Part shown: piece by piece, positions 37,181-47,322 of the stretch
How positions within the stretch are numbered: the first letter of the stretch is position 1
How the letters are laid out: each line of letters opens with the position of its first letter
Assembly (NCBI GenBank): GCA_964549615.1
Contig: CAZJVP010000048.1
Span: forward strand, 4,896 to 68,895
DNA length: 64,000 bases
Direction: 5' to 3'
Source: an uncultured Thermococci archaeon
GTDB taxonomy: Archaea; CAYQAE01; CAYVLA01
Notes under the pieces: generated by a model
The model's database searches: none
What the model saw: only the letters and a program-made list of their open reading frames with translations
Told to the model about the DNA's origin: nothing
Position numbers and translations under genes: made by a program

Positions 37181-37190
37181 GGATAAATAT
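37181..37190 (-). promoter_or_regulatory. TATA box for the PrsW gene (in the divergent intergenic region)
   Basis: The minus strand reads ATATTTATCC, centred about 26 nt upstream of the GTG at 37160. Confidence 0.45.
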
Positions 37191-37261
37191 CTTCCGACCG
37201 AGAGACCGGAAGGAGGAGCAACTCGGGAGTGTGAAACTTATCACTGCAACAGGACGGACTG

Positions 37262-40200
37262 GTGAGCATGGATCTGCCGACGGAGCTCGAACAACTGCAT
37301 GAAATGCTCGAAAGGAGTCTGCTAGCACGCTTGGAGTGGAAATGCATTGGGCTGGACGTGCCCGGCGCCCACAGGGTCGTCTTCGACGACTCCGGTTGGT
37401 CGGGCCAGGGAGCGCTGGCTGGGCGGCTGTGGAACGTCGGGTGGTTCAGGACCCAATTCACCATCCCGGAACTCCTAGACGGCTGTGCCTTGGAGGTTTC
37501 ACCGATCATGGGGGGAAGGAGTCGGGTCTTCGTCAACGGCAGGCTGATCGGGAGTTGCGGTGCCGGCGGCTCGGTGCCGACCCCGAAGGTCAGGGGCGGG
37601 AGTGTCCTCACCCTGGCAATAAGGAACGAGAATGGCTGGATAAGCTATGAAAACCCGTGCCCTGCCACCATCAGGTGTGAGCGTCAGGCAATATTGCTTG
37701 GCATCTTCGAGGAACTCTTCTTCCTCCGGAGACTAGAGCAGGCCGGCGGCCGGGAGAGTTCTGAGATCAGCAGGTGCCTTGAGTCATTCTTGGAAGCGGT
37801 TGATCGGGAGGCGCTTGCCCACGGCCAGATCGATTGTTTCGTCCAGTCCCTCGCCAAGGCACGGGACGCGCTCCTGCCAGCTGCCAATCTATTGAAGCGC
37901 TATACAATCTACGTCGTGCCACATTCCCATGTTGACCTAGCGTGGGGATGGACCTACGAGGAGACGAAGAGGATAATGAGGACGATCTTTGACCGGGCAA
38001 CCGAGCTTCTGGATGATGACCCCAACTATACCTTCGCCCAGGACCAACCGCCGGCTTACAACCACCTAGAGGGAACGGGGCTCATGGAAAAGGTCGCCCG
38101 TTACGTCGGCGAGGGCAGGCTGGACCCCTGCGGGGCGATGTACTCGGAGCCCGAGGGCAACATGCCGTGCGGGGAATCCTTCGTCCGCCAGGTAATGCTC
38201 ACCAAGAGATACTTTCAGGATAGGTTCGGCGCCGACCCGAAGGGGTGCTGGAATCTGGACTCCTTCAGCGGCCATTGCTGGAGCCTCCCCCAGATCCTGA
38301 CGAAATCCGGGGTGCGCTACTACACCTTCGCAAACTGGGGGAACCTCATCCCGGACGTGGAGTTCTGGTGGGAGGGGCCGGACGGATCGCGAGTTCTCGC
38401 CTACCATCTTCCTTGCCACTACGATAGTGCACAGATGATGGAGCACAACAAGATACTCCAAAACTTCTTTGGCTATGCTTCCAGATCCAAATTCAAGCGC
38501 TTCATGTTCCTCGACGGCGATGACCTAACTCCGCCCGTGCGCGACAGCATCGAGGGCGTCAAGTGGTTCAGCCAGTTGGCGGTCGGCCCAACGGTGAAGT
38601 TCTCCACGCCGGCGAAGTTCTTTGAGGATCTGGAGAAGGACGACCTTTCAGCGATCCCCACCTACCGGGGGGAACTCGCCCAGCACCTCGATCCTAACGG
38701 CAGCAACAACGCCGGGTCGTACACCACGCATTGCGAAGTCAAGAGAAGGAACAGGCTCTGTGAGAATCTCCTCCTGACGGCGGAGAAGTTCGGCTCCATC
38801 GCGATGCTTCTTGGAATGGAGTTCCCGAGGGCGCTCATGCAACGGGGATGGGAGGCCGTGCTCCTCAACCAGATGCACGACATCCTGCCCGGTACCGCGA
38901 TCAAGGAAGCCTATGAGGAGGCTCATCGCCGATACGATGAAGCGGAAGCGATCGCGAAGGAGACGATCGCGCTCTCCCTTGGACGGATCTCCGCAAGGAT
39001 CGATACCCGCGGCAAGGGGACGCCGATCGTAGTCTTCAATTCCCTCAGCTGGGAGAGAACCGATGTCGTTGAGGTGAAGGTCACCCTCGATCACACCTAC
39101 AAGGCTTGGCCTAGGATCACCGGGCCCGACGGAGAAGAGGCCGAGTGCCAGGTGCTGCACGACAGCCGGGGAACGTTCGACAAGACCAATAGAAGCATGA
39201 CCATCCTCTTCGTCGCAAGAAAGGTGCCGGCCCTGGGCTACAAGCTCTACCGCCTCACCCTAGACGGCAGGCGCCCACGGTCCGCGGGGAGGGTCTCCAA
39301 GGTGAGCCAGTTCACCCTGCAGAACGAGTATCTGGAAGCCGTGATCGATGCTCAAACCGGCCTCGTCCGATCGCTGAAGCGGGGAGGGCGGGAGTTCATT
39401 TCGGGACCCGAGGGCTTCCTGTTGGTAAGGTACCTAGATAGCGGCGACCCCTGGCACATCAGGCTCGTCGGGGATGCCTCCAAGCTCATACGCGCCCAGT
39501 CGGTGGAACTTGTGGAGGCCGGCCCTGTCCGCACCACGGTGAGGATCTGCAGGAAGGATGGGAACACCCAGATCGTTCAGGAGGTGTCGTTGTGCAAGTC
39601 CGTGCCAAGGCTTACTTGCCGGACGACCTTGGACTGCGGCGACCTTTACGTCCTGTTCAAGGCCTCGGTTCCGGTCAATGTCGGTCCGGCCAAGGCCACC
39701 TTTGAGATACCTTTCAGCACGATCTCCAGAGAGGCCGCGGGCATCGACAGGCCGGCGCAGAACTGGGTTGATTTGTCCGACGGGGAGCGCGGCCTCGCCG
39801 TCCTGAACGATGGCAGGTACGGCTACGACATAGATGGCGGAAGAAGGATCAGGTTAACGTTGCTGAGGAACCCTAAGGGACATCGCTCCAACGAGGGAAC
39901 GGACTCCGGCCCCCACTCAACCTCGCTGGGTCTCTTCCCGCATGAAGGTGACTGGACATCCGGGGTAGTCCGCCAGGGCCTGGAGTTCAACAACCCCCTG
40001 CTCTGCCACGTGGACAGCCCGCACGAAGGCGACCTTCCCACCGCTTTGTCGTTTCTCTCCCTCTCGGCCCCCAATGTGGTGGTGTCCTGCCTTAAGCCCC
40101 ACGAGGACTCCAAAGACCTTGTCCTGCGCATCTATGAGGCCCACGGATCCCGTGTCGACGATGCCGGGATACGGGGCAGGATCGGGTTCGAGGGACTGGA

Positions 40201-40318
40201 GGAGATCGACATGACGGAGAGGGAAACGGTGGGGACGCTTGCTGGGAAGGCACCCGTTGTGCTCTCCCCTTATGAGATCAAGACCTTGAGGATGAAGGCG
40301 CCGCGGATTCGATTTTGA
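37262..40318 (+). CDS. Glycoside hydrolase family 38 alpha-mannosidase
   Basis: GH38 N-terminal catalytic motif YVVPHSHVDLAWGWTYEET, ~1000 aa and no signal peptide. Confidence 0.9.
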   Translation: MSMDLPTELEQLHEMLERSLLARLEWKCIGLDVPGAHRVVFDDSGWSGQGALAGRLWNVGWFRTQFTIPELLDGCALEVSPIMGGRSRVFVNGRLIGSCGAGGSVPTPKVRGGSVLTLAIRNENGWISYENPCPATIRCERQAILLGIFEELFFLRRLEQAGGRESSEISRCLESFLEAVDREALAHGQIDCFVQSLAKARDALLPAANLLKRYTIYVVPHSHVDLAWGWTYEETKRIMRTIFDRATELLDDDPNYTFAQDQPPAYNHLEGTGLMEKVARYVGEGRLDPCGAMYSEPEGNMPCGESFVRQVMLTKRYFQDRFGADPKGCWNLDSFSGHCWSLPQILTKSGVRYYTFANWGNLIPDVEFWWEGPDGSRVLAYHLPCHYDSAQMMEHNKILQNFFGYASRSKFKRFMFLDGDDLTPPVRDSIEGVKWFSQLAVGPTVKFSTPAKFFEDLEKDDLSAIPTYRGELAQHLDPNGSNNAGSYTTHCEVKRRNRLCENLLLTAEKFGSIAMLLGMEFPRALMQRGWEAVLLNQMHDILPGTAIKEAYEEAHRRYDEAEAIAKETIALSLGRISARIDTRGKGTPIVVFNSLSWERTDVVEVKVTLDHTYKAWPRITGPDGEEAECQVLHDSRGTFDKTNRSMTILFVARKVPALGYKLYRLTLDGRRPRSAGRVSKVSQFTLQNEYLEAVIDAQTGLVRSLKRGGREFISGPEGFLLVRYLDSGDPWHIRLVGDASKLIRAQSVELVEAGPVRTTVRICRKDGNTQIVQEVSLCKSVPRLTCRTTLDCGDLYVLFKASVPVNVGPAKATFEIPFSTISREAAGIDRPAQNWVDLSDGERGLAVLNDGRYGYDIDGGRRIRLTLLRNPKGHRSNEGTDSGPHSTSLGLFPHEGDWTSGVVRQGLEFNNPLLCHVDSPHEGDLPTALSFLSLSAPNVVVSCLKPHEDSKDLVLRIYEAHGSRVDDAGIRGRIGFEGLEEIDMTERETVGTLAGKAPVVLSPYEIKTLRMKAPRIRF

Positions 40319-40749
40319 AGAAGATGCACGTATCCGGGACGATACGCTGGCCGGTCAGACTTCCTGCTCGACGAGCCATAGTTTCCGAGCTGCATCCAAG
40401 CATGGAGGTTCGGGTCAACTTCCTCGGGCTCCTTCCTCTGTAGATCCGAAGGAGACTCATCCGGTGGCCGGAACCTCTTCTCCGAGGTCCTCTTCCCCGA
40501 TCTGGCTCATCTAGCGGAGAGAAGCGACAGGGAAAAGCCCAAGAGTGAAACCGGCCTGGGCTAGGCATCCCCAGCGCAGAGCACCCATGTCCCATCGGCC
40601 ATCTGGCTCCCCTTGAATCCGCTCGCTAGGTTCGTCGTGGGGAGATGGCGATACGATGATAACGGGGCCGCCTGCTTCCTAGAAGATGGCGGGTTCCGTC
40701 GAGACCTTAAATAGCGCCTTCGCCCTGGCGGAGTGACAAGGGTGTCCGC

Positions 40750-41253
40750 ATGATGATACGGTTCTACAGGAAGGGCGATTCGGAATCGATGCAAAGGATA
40801 GCGCCTCGCGCGTTCATGGGGTTGGGACTTGCCCGCTATGCCATCGACAAGGACCTTGACCGCAAACGGGTGGCCGAGTACTACGCCCGGGAGGCCTCCG
40901 GCTACGCCGAAAGGGCGGAAAGGCGGGAGAGAACATTGCGGGTGATCGTCGCAGAGGACTCCGGCAACGTGGTCGCATACATCGTGGTCGCCATCGATGA
41001 AGCCAACTCGGAGCAGTTCGGGCTCAGATGGGGCCGGATAGTGTCCCTCGCAGTCGACCCGGACCACCAGGGAAGGGGCATAGGCAAGATGCTCGTCGCC
41101 CGGGCTCTCGACTGGCTTCGCTCAATGGGCGCCGCCTACGTCGAGGTCCTCACCGACCAGAACAACGTCGCAGCCCAACGAGCATACGAGGCAAACGGAT
41201 TCCGCGCCGTCTACGCGAGCATAACGTTCTCGAGGCGCATTGCGCCTACCTAG
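40750..41253 (+). CDS. GNAT-family N-acetyltransferase
   Basis: Acetyl-CoA binding motif LAVDPDHQGRGIGKMLV and C-terminal AAQRAYEANGF. Confidence 0.9.
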   Translation: MMIRFYRKGDSESMQRIAPRAFMGLGLARYAIDKDLDRKRVAEYYAREASGYAERAERRERTLRVIVAEDSGNVVAYIVVAIDEANSEQFGLRWGRIVSLAVDPDHQGRGIGKMLVARALDWLRSMGAAYVEVLTDQNNVAAQRAYEANGFRAVYASITFSRRIAPT

Positions 41254-42331
41254 TTACCTCAGCGCTCCTGACCAACTCGTAGAGACGGTTCGCGTTCCTG
41301 TTCCTCTCGAAATGCTCCCTGATGGGCGCGACGAGCTGATCGAGCGCCTCAGCGACGGCGTTCTTCAGGTCGAGAGGATGTATTTCCCCCGCCGCGTACA
41401 GGCGCTCCAACTCCTGGTAGCTTTCAACTTCCAGATTCCCCCCGTATTTGGCAGGCCTTTCCACGCGTAAGGATCTCAGCTTCCTGAAAACTATGTATTT
41501 CGAGTACTCAAGCATGGGGTTGTTTTGCACCTCCTTGGGCGGGCAATAGGCCGCCCTGACTTTTCTCCTGATGGCCTCGGGGCTGTCGTGGACGTAGATG
41601 CAGCTCTCAGGCAGGGACTTGCTCATCTTGGAGGTTATCGCCGCGTCCATTCCCGCCTCCGTCTCGAAGCCCTCGCCCTTCCTCAATCCCTGGAGGCCCA
41701 TCAGTATGTGGTGGTGGACCGCCACCGGCTTCCAAAGCCCGATCTTGGGACCGATCTCCCTTGCGAGGATGTTGGCCCTTCTCTGGTCAACGCCGAGCTG
41801 GCATATGTCGCACTTGAGTTGGAAGATGTCGGAGACCTGCATGGCAGGGTAGAAGAACTGCGCCACGTCCTGGAGCTCGCCCTGCTTTCGTCCCATGATC
41901 GTCAAGCAGCGCTGCATCCTGCTGAGCGTGGTGTTCTTTGCAATGAGGATGACCCGTTTCCAGTACTCGCTGTCCATGTTCTCACTGGCCCAGAGGACCT
42001 CGACCCTGTTGGTGTCGACGCCAGCCGCCTTCCAGACCTCGATGAAATACTCGCCCACCTTCCGGATCTTGTCGAGATCCCCTCCCATCTTGTTGTTGAT
42101 CCACGCGTACCAGTCGGCGAGCCAGAGCTTGAACCTGATCCCAGCATCCAAGAGATCCTGAAGGTTTATCGCCCTGTAGAGGGCGAAGTGTATGGGGGCA
42201 AGCCCCGAGGGCTCGAACCCATCATAGGCTATGGGATGATCCTTGCTCTCAAGAAGCTGCCTGAGCTCCTCCTCCGTTATGATTTCCTCGCCCACCCTTC
42301 TGATGAGCTCAAGCTTCGTCTCGACGTCCAT
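41246..42331 (-). CDS. tyrS: Tyrosine--tRNA ligase (archaeal type)
   Basis: IAYDGFEPSG, KMSKS and the C-terminal block HPLDLKNAVAEALDQLVAPIRE closely follow the archaeal TyrRS pattern. Confidence 0.85.
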   Translation of the reverse strand: MDVETKLELIRRVGEEIITEEELRQLLESKDHPIAYDGFEPSGLAPIHFALYRAINLQDLLDAGIRFKLWLADWYAWINNKMGGDLDKIRKVGEYFIEVWKAAGVDTNRVEVLWASENMDSEYWKRVILIAKNTTLSRMQRCLTIMGRKQGELQDVAQFFYPAMQVSDIFQLKCDICQLGVDQRRANILAREIGPKIGLWKPVAVHHHILMGLQGLRKGEGFETEAGMDAAITSKMSKSLPESCIYVHDSPEAIRRKVRAAYCPPKEVQNNPMLEYSKYIVFRKLRSLRVERPAKYGGNLEVESYQELERLYAAGEIHPLDLKNAVAEALDQLVAPIREHFERNRNANRLYELVRSAEVTR

Positions 42332-42385
42332 GTTACATGCAGCCTCCGCCGCTGTGATTAGTGTTTCCCAGGGCGGGCCTCGGAC

Positions 42386-43213
42386 CTAGCTCGACTTAGC
42401 GCCGATCCAGTTGATGGCCATGGGGCCAGCGCCGAACCCGGTCTCCGTGGTTACGAACTGGATGATCCCAGCATGGCCAAACATGTACAGCGTGTCGAGG
42501 GTTACCTCCAGATGCACCCTCTCCCCCGCCGAGAGGTCATGGAAATGAAGCATGCCAAACGGGGCCTCGGCGATGCTGGCGCACGGCTCCTCGCCCGGGG
42601 CGGACTTGGACTTGAAGCAGATCGATTCCCTGGGGGATGTGTACCTGATGCTGCTGATGACAGTGTTCCGCGAGAAGAAGAAATCCCTGTACCCGCAGAA
42701 TGTGCTAACCCTGCCTCCCTCGCCGACGAGGAGTGCGTAGACCGTGTAGACCGACCCAAGGATCTCCTCTCCTGCTAGGGCGGCCATAGCGTCGGTGAAG
42801 TCGAAGAGGTACATCTTCCCGCCGAGTTCCAGCTCAAAGACTTGGTATGTCGGCTGTCCACCCAACTGGGCCTGCATGGAGTCGAGGAAGGCCTTTGTCT
42901 CCCTAAACCTAGGCACGTTCGCGATCATGTCCTCAAGACTGCGCCCCGTCGTCTCATTCCACGGCTTGACCAGCGGCACGGAGAGGTTCACTAGGAAATG
43001 AAACCGAACTACTAGGTCCGGAAGGTCGCGGACCGCCATCAAGTCTATGGAGTAGCTAGGCGACCCGGGCACGCCGCCGGGGATGTCGCTAGGCGTGCGC
43101 TGGGCGAGGACCCTGACGACCTCCTTCTCACGGATGCCGAAAGTCAAGAAGGAGACAAGCGTCGTGATGACGAGTATGATTGCAAGGAAGCCCGCCAGGC
43201 GCCGGTCAACCAC
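42386..43213 (-). CDS. Uncharacterised N-terminally anchored membrane protein, family B paralog 1
   Basis: The N-terminus MVDRRLAGFLAIILVITTLVSFL parallels MDRQLIGVLAVSLVAATLVTLI of 49398-50177. The GTG start overlaps the family A stop by 8 nt (GTGGTTGA), and the SD GGGGAGG lies inside the upstream gene. Confidence 0.7.
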   Translation of the reverse strand: MVDRRLAGFLAIILVITTLVSFLTFGIREKEVVRVLAQRTPSDIPGGVPGSPSYSIDLMAVRDLPDLVVRFHFLVNLSVPLVKPWNETTGRSLEDMIANVPRFRETKAFLDSMQAQLGGQPTYQVFELELGGKMYLFDFTDAMAALAGEEILGSVYTVYALLVGEGGRVSTFCGYRDFFFSRNTVISSIRYTSPRESICFKSKSAPGEEPCASIAEAPFGMLHFHDLSAGERVHLEVTLDTLYMFGHAGIIQFVTTETGFGAGPMAINWIGAKSS

Positions 43214-44429
43214 TTAAACCGCCTCCCCTCGTCACCTTGACCTCCCTGTAGAGCCTCCTCTTCACCATCAGCGTCCAGACCACGAATCCGCATATGAGCC
43301 CAGTCGCGCTGACGACGAGCCATTCCGTGATGAAGATCCAGAACAGGGCCAGATCCCTTGCCTCGAGGGCTAGGTCATAGGCCTCCTGAAGCATCCCGAA
43401 GACCTCATCTGCGATCTGCTTGCTCTCCACAAGTTCCAGGTCGACGAAATGCTTCTTGGCTTCCTTCAGCCGCGCGTCGGCTTCCGAGAGCTTCCTGTCG
43501 ACCTTCCTCGTGTCGGCGCCGAACTTGCTGATGAAGTCGATCGTCCCGGTGATCACCTGGGTCTCGTCGTAGACGTCCTTGAAGCGCTGGCGGGTGGCGT
43601 GAAGGAGGTTGATGTCGGAAGGGGGCGTAAGCCCCGCTAGGAAATACACCATATTGCACACGAAGTCAGGATAGTGTTTCCAACGGATGAATCCCCGGCC
43701 AGCGGATCCCCCCCGGAAGCCGGGCGCTGATGCAAAGAACCGGCCCTTGCCCACGTCCCACCAGACCCACCCAGGGTCCCTGAGGCCCACGCCGGTGCCA
43801 CCCAGGCGGATCACCTGCGAGAGCTCGTGCGCACCCTCCTTCAGTTCGACGACGTTGTACCCGCCGAAGACGTTGTGCTGCTCATACTCGTCCCAAGGCA
43901 CGCTGCGTATGAAAGCATCATCTGGAGCCGTGACGACGGTCTTCCCGTCGGGGCCGTATGTGCTTGTGCACTTGACCGGCATCACCTCGCTGAGAACCGT
44001 TGCATCCCACGAGGGGAAGCCGGCACCGCCCCCGAACGACTCAAATCCGCCAGCCATGAACAAGCCAAGCGCGCTGTCCCTGCAGGCGTCGGCCATCCAC
44101 TGGATGGTGTTTGGAGGAAAGGCGTACCACGTCGTATCATCCAAGCCGATGATGTCGCAGCTAGCCACCATGCTGGCCTTGGTCCTGGGCATGTAAAGGC
44201 GCATGGCCCTCTGAACCAGGGTACTTGGAAGGCCGTACATGTTCCCGGCGATGGGCGTCGCGGAGATCAGGGGGTCGAATTTGTAAACCTGGTAAGGGCA
44301 TGCCGCAAACGGCTGCCCGATGTAGATGACCCGGATGACGCCGGTTTCTGGATCGCGCTTCAACTCCTTGCCTGCTGCCGTCGCAAGGAGGAGGATAGCA
44401 CATATGCCCAGAACGGCCCCCGGCCGCAT
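43206..44429 (-). CDS. Uncharacterised secreted, tail-anchored protein, family A paralog 2
   Basis: Signal peptide MRPGAVLGICAILLLATAAG. Blocks GVIRVIYIG, MRLYMPRT, CDIIGLDD..LGLFMAGG and GTIDFISKFGAD, then a coiled coil and the C-terminal ALFWIFITEWLVVSATGLICGFVVWTLMVKRRLYREVKVTR. Confidence 0.8.
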   Translation of the reverse strand: MRPGAVLGICAILLLATAAGKELKRDPETGVIRVIYIGQPFAACPYQVYKFDPLISATPIAGNMYGLPSTLVQRAMRLYMPRTKASMVASCDIIGLDDTTWYAFPPNTIQWMADACRDSALGLFMAGGFESFGGGAGFPSWDATVLSEVMPVKCTSTYGPDGKTVVTAPDDAFIRSVPWDEYEQHNVFGGYNVVELKEGAHELSQVIRLGGTGVGLRDPGWVWWDVGKGRFFASAPGFRGGSAGRGFIRWKHYPDFVCNMVYFLAGLTPPSDINLLHATRQRFKDVYDETQVITGTIDFISKFGADTRKVDRKLSEADARLKEAKKHFVDLELVESKQIADEVFGMLQEAYDLALEARDLALFWIFITEWLVVSATGLICGFVVWTLMVKRRLYREVKVTRGGGLSG

Positions 44430-44456
44430 TGGTCCGAAAACACGCCGATTTGTCGA

Positions 44457-44466
44457 TTTAAATATT
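44457..44466 (-). promoter_or_regulatory. TATA box for family A paralog 2
   Basis: The minus strand reads AATATTTAAA, centred about 32 nt upstream of the ATG at 44429. Confidence 0.45.
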
Positions 44467-44577
44467 CCGGCAATGATATGATGACTGGAAGCGAAGGACA
44501 GCCGGTCTGCCCGGTGCTGCCGCGGCCGTTGAACGGCTAGGCACCCCCCGGGCTTGTTCCTCGGCAGAGGCCCATCC

Positions 44578-44934
44578 TCACTGGATCAGCTCCGCAAACA
44601 GCGCCCTAACCAGCCCCTTTTCCGATCTTCCCGCGCGAAGGGCGCGAAGCACTGAGTTCGCAAGATCGTCCAGCGACACCCTGGTTACCACCTCGTAGTA
44701 GAGAGGATCGATCTTGACCCTTGTAACGATTCTGCAAGGGACCGGTACGACGGTGTACGCATCAACGCCATAGCTGGAGGGGACGTCCGGAATCCGGCGC
44801 ATCAACAGCCTCCCGGCCTCCTTCGAGAGCGACGCCGCTATGTCGTCGCGGATCAGAAGGTTGTGGCGAAGCCCGGCGACGAACTCCCGGATCCGCAACT
44901 CACGGTCAATGAGGATGTCCATGACATCGCCCAT
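44578..44934 (-). CDS. Hypothetical protein (start uncertain)
   Basis: Protein-like from MGDVMDILIDRELRIREFVAGL... to ...VRALFAELIQ. The longer ORF-track version (to 45141) begins with an Arg/Ser-rich low-complexity region. Confidence 0.35.
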   Translation of the reverse strand: MGDVMDILIDRELRIREFVAGLRHNLLIRDDIAASLSKEAGRLLMRRIPDVPSSYGVDAYTVVPVPCRIVTRVKIDPLYYEVVTRVSLDDLANSVLRALRAGRSEKGLVRALFAELIQ

Positions 44935-45366
44935 CCTCCTTTCCCTCCGGTCAAGGACCCATCCTGGGCTCTTTGATTCGAAACCGTCCTGGGGCGGCAT
45001 TGTGGTAGCGTTCGGCACCACGAATGAGTCTCCCCTGAGCTGGGCGAGCCTAGCATCCAGGTACACGGTTCTTGATCGGAGGAGTGATCTCTGACGGGCT
45101 CGAAAGCACCATGCCCTCAGGCTAGATCCTGAGAATATCACGTCCCCTATCCTCGCCTTGCCGTGCCTGCGCGCCGACAGCAGGCTTCTGACCGAGATCA
45201 GATCGGAAGGATGTTCGGACGACGTCCGGCCCCGCTCCGACGAATCGTTTTGGCAACAGCCGGATAACGGTTTCGGTCCTTGGAGCTGCTGCGGAGGCTG
45301 GGAATCTACGCCGTCAGGGGTGGAAAATTATATCAGAAGGACGCCAGATCGAGCGGGCAGGTCCAA

Positions 45367-45612
45367 ATGGCCGATGACCAACAGACCTGCCCGAAGTGCG
45401 GCGTCCCGATGCCCGTGGCAGACCAGATGATGCTCGTCGAGCCCAAGCACATCAGGATCGTCCTTCTATACCGGTGTCCGGAGTGCGGGACGACCGTGGA
45501 CTGGAAGGCACGGGTCGAAAAAGGAAAGATGCCGTGGGTGAGGAAGACCGTCTACCGTGGTGAGTCGCTAGGCTTCGCGTTTCCCAAGAAAACGGCCAAA
45601 CCAGAGGCTTGA
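45367..45612 (+). CDS. Small zinc-ribbon protein
   Basis: CPKCG ... CPECG pairs; 81 aa from the ATG at 45367. Confidence 0.5.
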   Translation: MADDQQTCPKCGVPMPVADQMMLVEPKHIRIVLLYRCPECGTTVDWKARVEKGKMPWVRKTVYRGESLGFAFPKKTAKPEA

Positions 45613-45747
45613 GGAATCAGGCCCAGCCTGAGCAAAGTCCGCGTCAGCCGCATCCGCCCTGTCTTCGCTTGACCCGCGATGTCCTTGCCTTGGAGGCCAA
45701 TCACGCTCGTTTCCATTTTTCAAAGCCTCTGATGTCGCGATGGCTCG

Positions 45748-46779
45748 ATGCGACCGGCCATTCAGCCGAGCATATGCCATGTCCGACCGGGCTCGCGCCA
45801 GCAATTCATCGTCAGCGGCCTCGAATCCCTTGGTCCCACCTGGCTTGTCGACGGGATAGCTGGAGGAAATCGTCGGGTCGGCACCATCACCCCCGAGGGA
45901 TTGTACTCCTCTCCGTCAACCCCACCAAGGGGCGAGATCGTAATCGAGGCACGCCTCGACCGAGGAAGCACGAAGGCGGCCTGGGCCACAGTGCTCTTCG
46001 ATTCCCTGTCTCCGTTCTACCGCCATGCAGGCTTCTGGAAAGCAAGGATCGACGAGGAGCGATGCATCTCCTCGGCACACGGCATCTGCATGGACGGCGC
46101 CGACCGGATCCTGATAGTGGACACGAGCTTGTCCAGAATATTCCGCTTCACGTCCAAGGTCAAGTTCCTGGGAGAGATAGGGTCGGGAAAAGGCCCGGAA
46201 CCCGGGCAGCTCGACGGGCCGCGGCACGCAAAGGTCAGCCCCTCCGGTGAGGTCTACGTGGCCGACGGCAACAACGGACGCGTCCAAGTTTTCGACCGGG
46301 ATGGGCAGTTCCTACGTTCATGGGCCAGGAAGGGAAAGGGGGAAGGCGAGCTGCTCCGTCCGCACGCCTTGGACCTCGCCCCCGACGGCTCCGTATTCGT
46401 CGTCGATGTCGACAACAGCAAGGTCGTCGCATACGACCAAGAGGGCCGCCTGCTATGCAGCTGGGGACGGCACGGCACTGGTCCGGGCGACTTCTGGGCG
46501 CCGCACAGCTTAGCGGTGGACCCGAACGGCGATGTATTCGTGGCGGAGTACTTCGGGCGTGTCCAGAAGTTTACCCCGCAGGGGCGGTGCATCGCACGCT
46601 TCGCCAACCCTTTTCGCGACGGCCAGCGCACCCACGGAGACTACAGGTACCATGCCATGAACTGCGATTCCCGGGGGAACGTGTATCTCATGGCTCGAGA
46701 TAGCCTGGCGGGTATGGCGAAAAGCGTTGATAAGTACAACAACAGCGGGGATTTCGTCACGAGATTGAAGGCTCCTTAG
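45748..46779 (+). CDS. NHL-repeat beta-propeller protein with N-terminal Ig-like segment
   Basis: Repeats GRVQVFDRDGQFLRSWARKG, SKVVAYDQEGRLLCSWGRHG, GRVQKFTPQGRCI and PHALDLAPDGSVFVVD. No signal peptide seen. Confidence 0.85.
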   Translation: MRPAIQPSICHVRPGSRQQFIVSGLESLGPTWLVDGIAGGNRRVGTITPEGLYSSPSTPPRGEIVIEARLDRGSTKAAWATVLFDSLSPFYRHAGFWKARIDEERCISSAHGICMDGADRILIVDTSLSRIFRFTSKVKFLGEIGSGKGPEPGQLDGPRHAKVSPSGEVYVADGNNGRVQVFDRDGQFLRSWARKGKGEGELLRPHALDLAPDGSVFVVDVDNSKVVAYDQEGRLLCSWGRHGTGPGDFWAPHSLAVDPNGDVFVAEYFGRVQKFTPQGRCIARFANPFRDGQRTHGDYRYHAMNCDSRGNVYLMARDSLAGMAKSVDKYNNSGDFVTRLKAP

Positions 46780-47322
46780 GGGCAACCGCGGATGGTGTGC
46801 GAGGCCGCGGCCACAGGTAACGCGGGCACCCTCTTCGTCGCAGGTTCTTCCAATGAGCAGGCCGGAGTTTCTATCTTCGTTCCCTGTTAGCAGTAAGCGA
46901 AAGAACGGCGCGTGAAGATGCGAGGATGCCCCGACTCCAACGCCGACCACTGAGCTCGAGCCTTGTCGTGACGAGATGCGGTGTTTGAGAATCTTGGCAC
47001 GCTTGGGGTAGCAAATGTCGTTGCCGCGCGAGTCGACTAGCTGCCTTGCGGCGGGTGCATCTCGTCGGGTAGTTTACCGCGGTTGGCCGGACTCCGCAGT
47101 TGCGGCGCGGCGATCTCAAGCCGTGGTCGGCCCCCACTTGGTGCCCCGGGCGGCCTAACGGAGGATCAAGACTTAGTGCCCCGCGGCCGCGAGCGCTCCC
47201 GAGGCGTCCATTCGGGCAACCGTTTGGGACATGTGGCCCCGGGAATAGCACCTGCGCATCCGGGGCAATAGAACGCTTCGGACGTTGTCCGCGAAGGTTT
47301 AAGAACTCAGCGATGCAGTTGG

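Noticed and set aside
36778-37611. 277-aa minus-strand ORF spanning the PrsW 5' region and the GH38 start.
   Set aside because: Pro/Arg/Ser-rich, and it overlaps two well-supported genes in other frames or on the other strand.
40319-40749. 431-nt gap after GH38 containing AGTGAAACCGGCC, faintly like the RNase P CR-V motif.
   Set aside because: The obligatory GAGGAAAGUCC (CR-I) partner is absent on either strand. A TATA-like CTTAAATAG explains the 3' part as the GNAT gene promoter.
41525-42361. 278-aa plus-strand ORF antisense to tyrS.
   Set aside because: The opposite strand matches archaeal TyrRS along its whole length, including KMSKS.
46780-47322. 543-nt GC-rich gap with the repeated GTGCCCCG(G)GCGGCC-like segments. 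I examined it for SRP RNA, RNase P RNA and a riboswitch.
   Set aside because: No conserved core motif of those RNAs could be located by eye, and the repeats are short. It is left unannotated and would merit only an Rfam scan.
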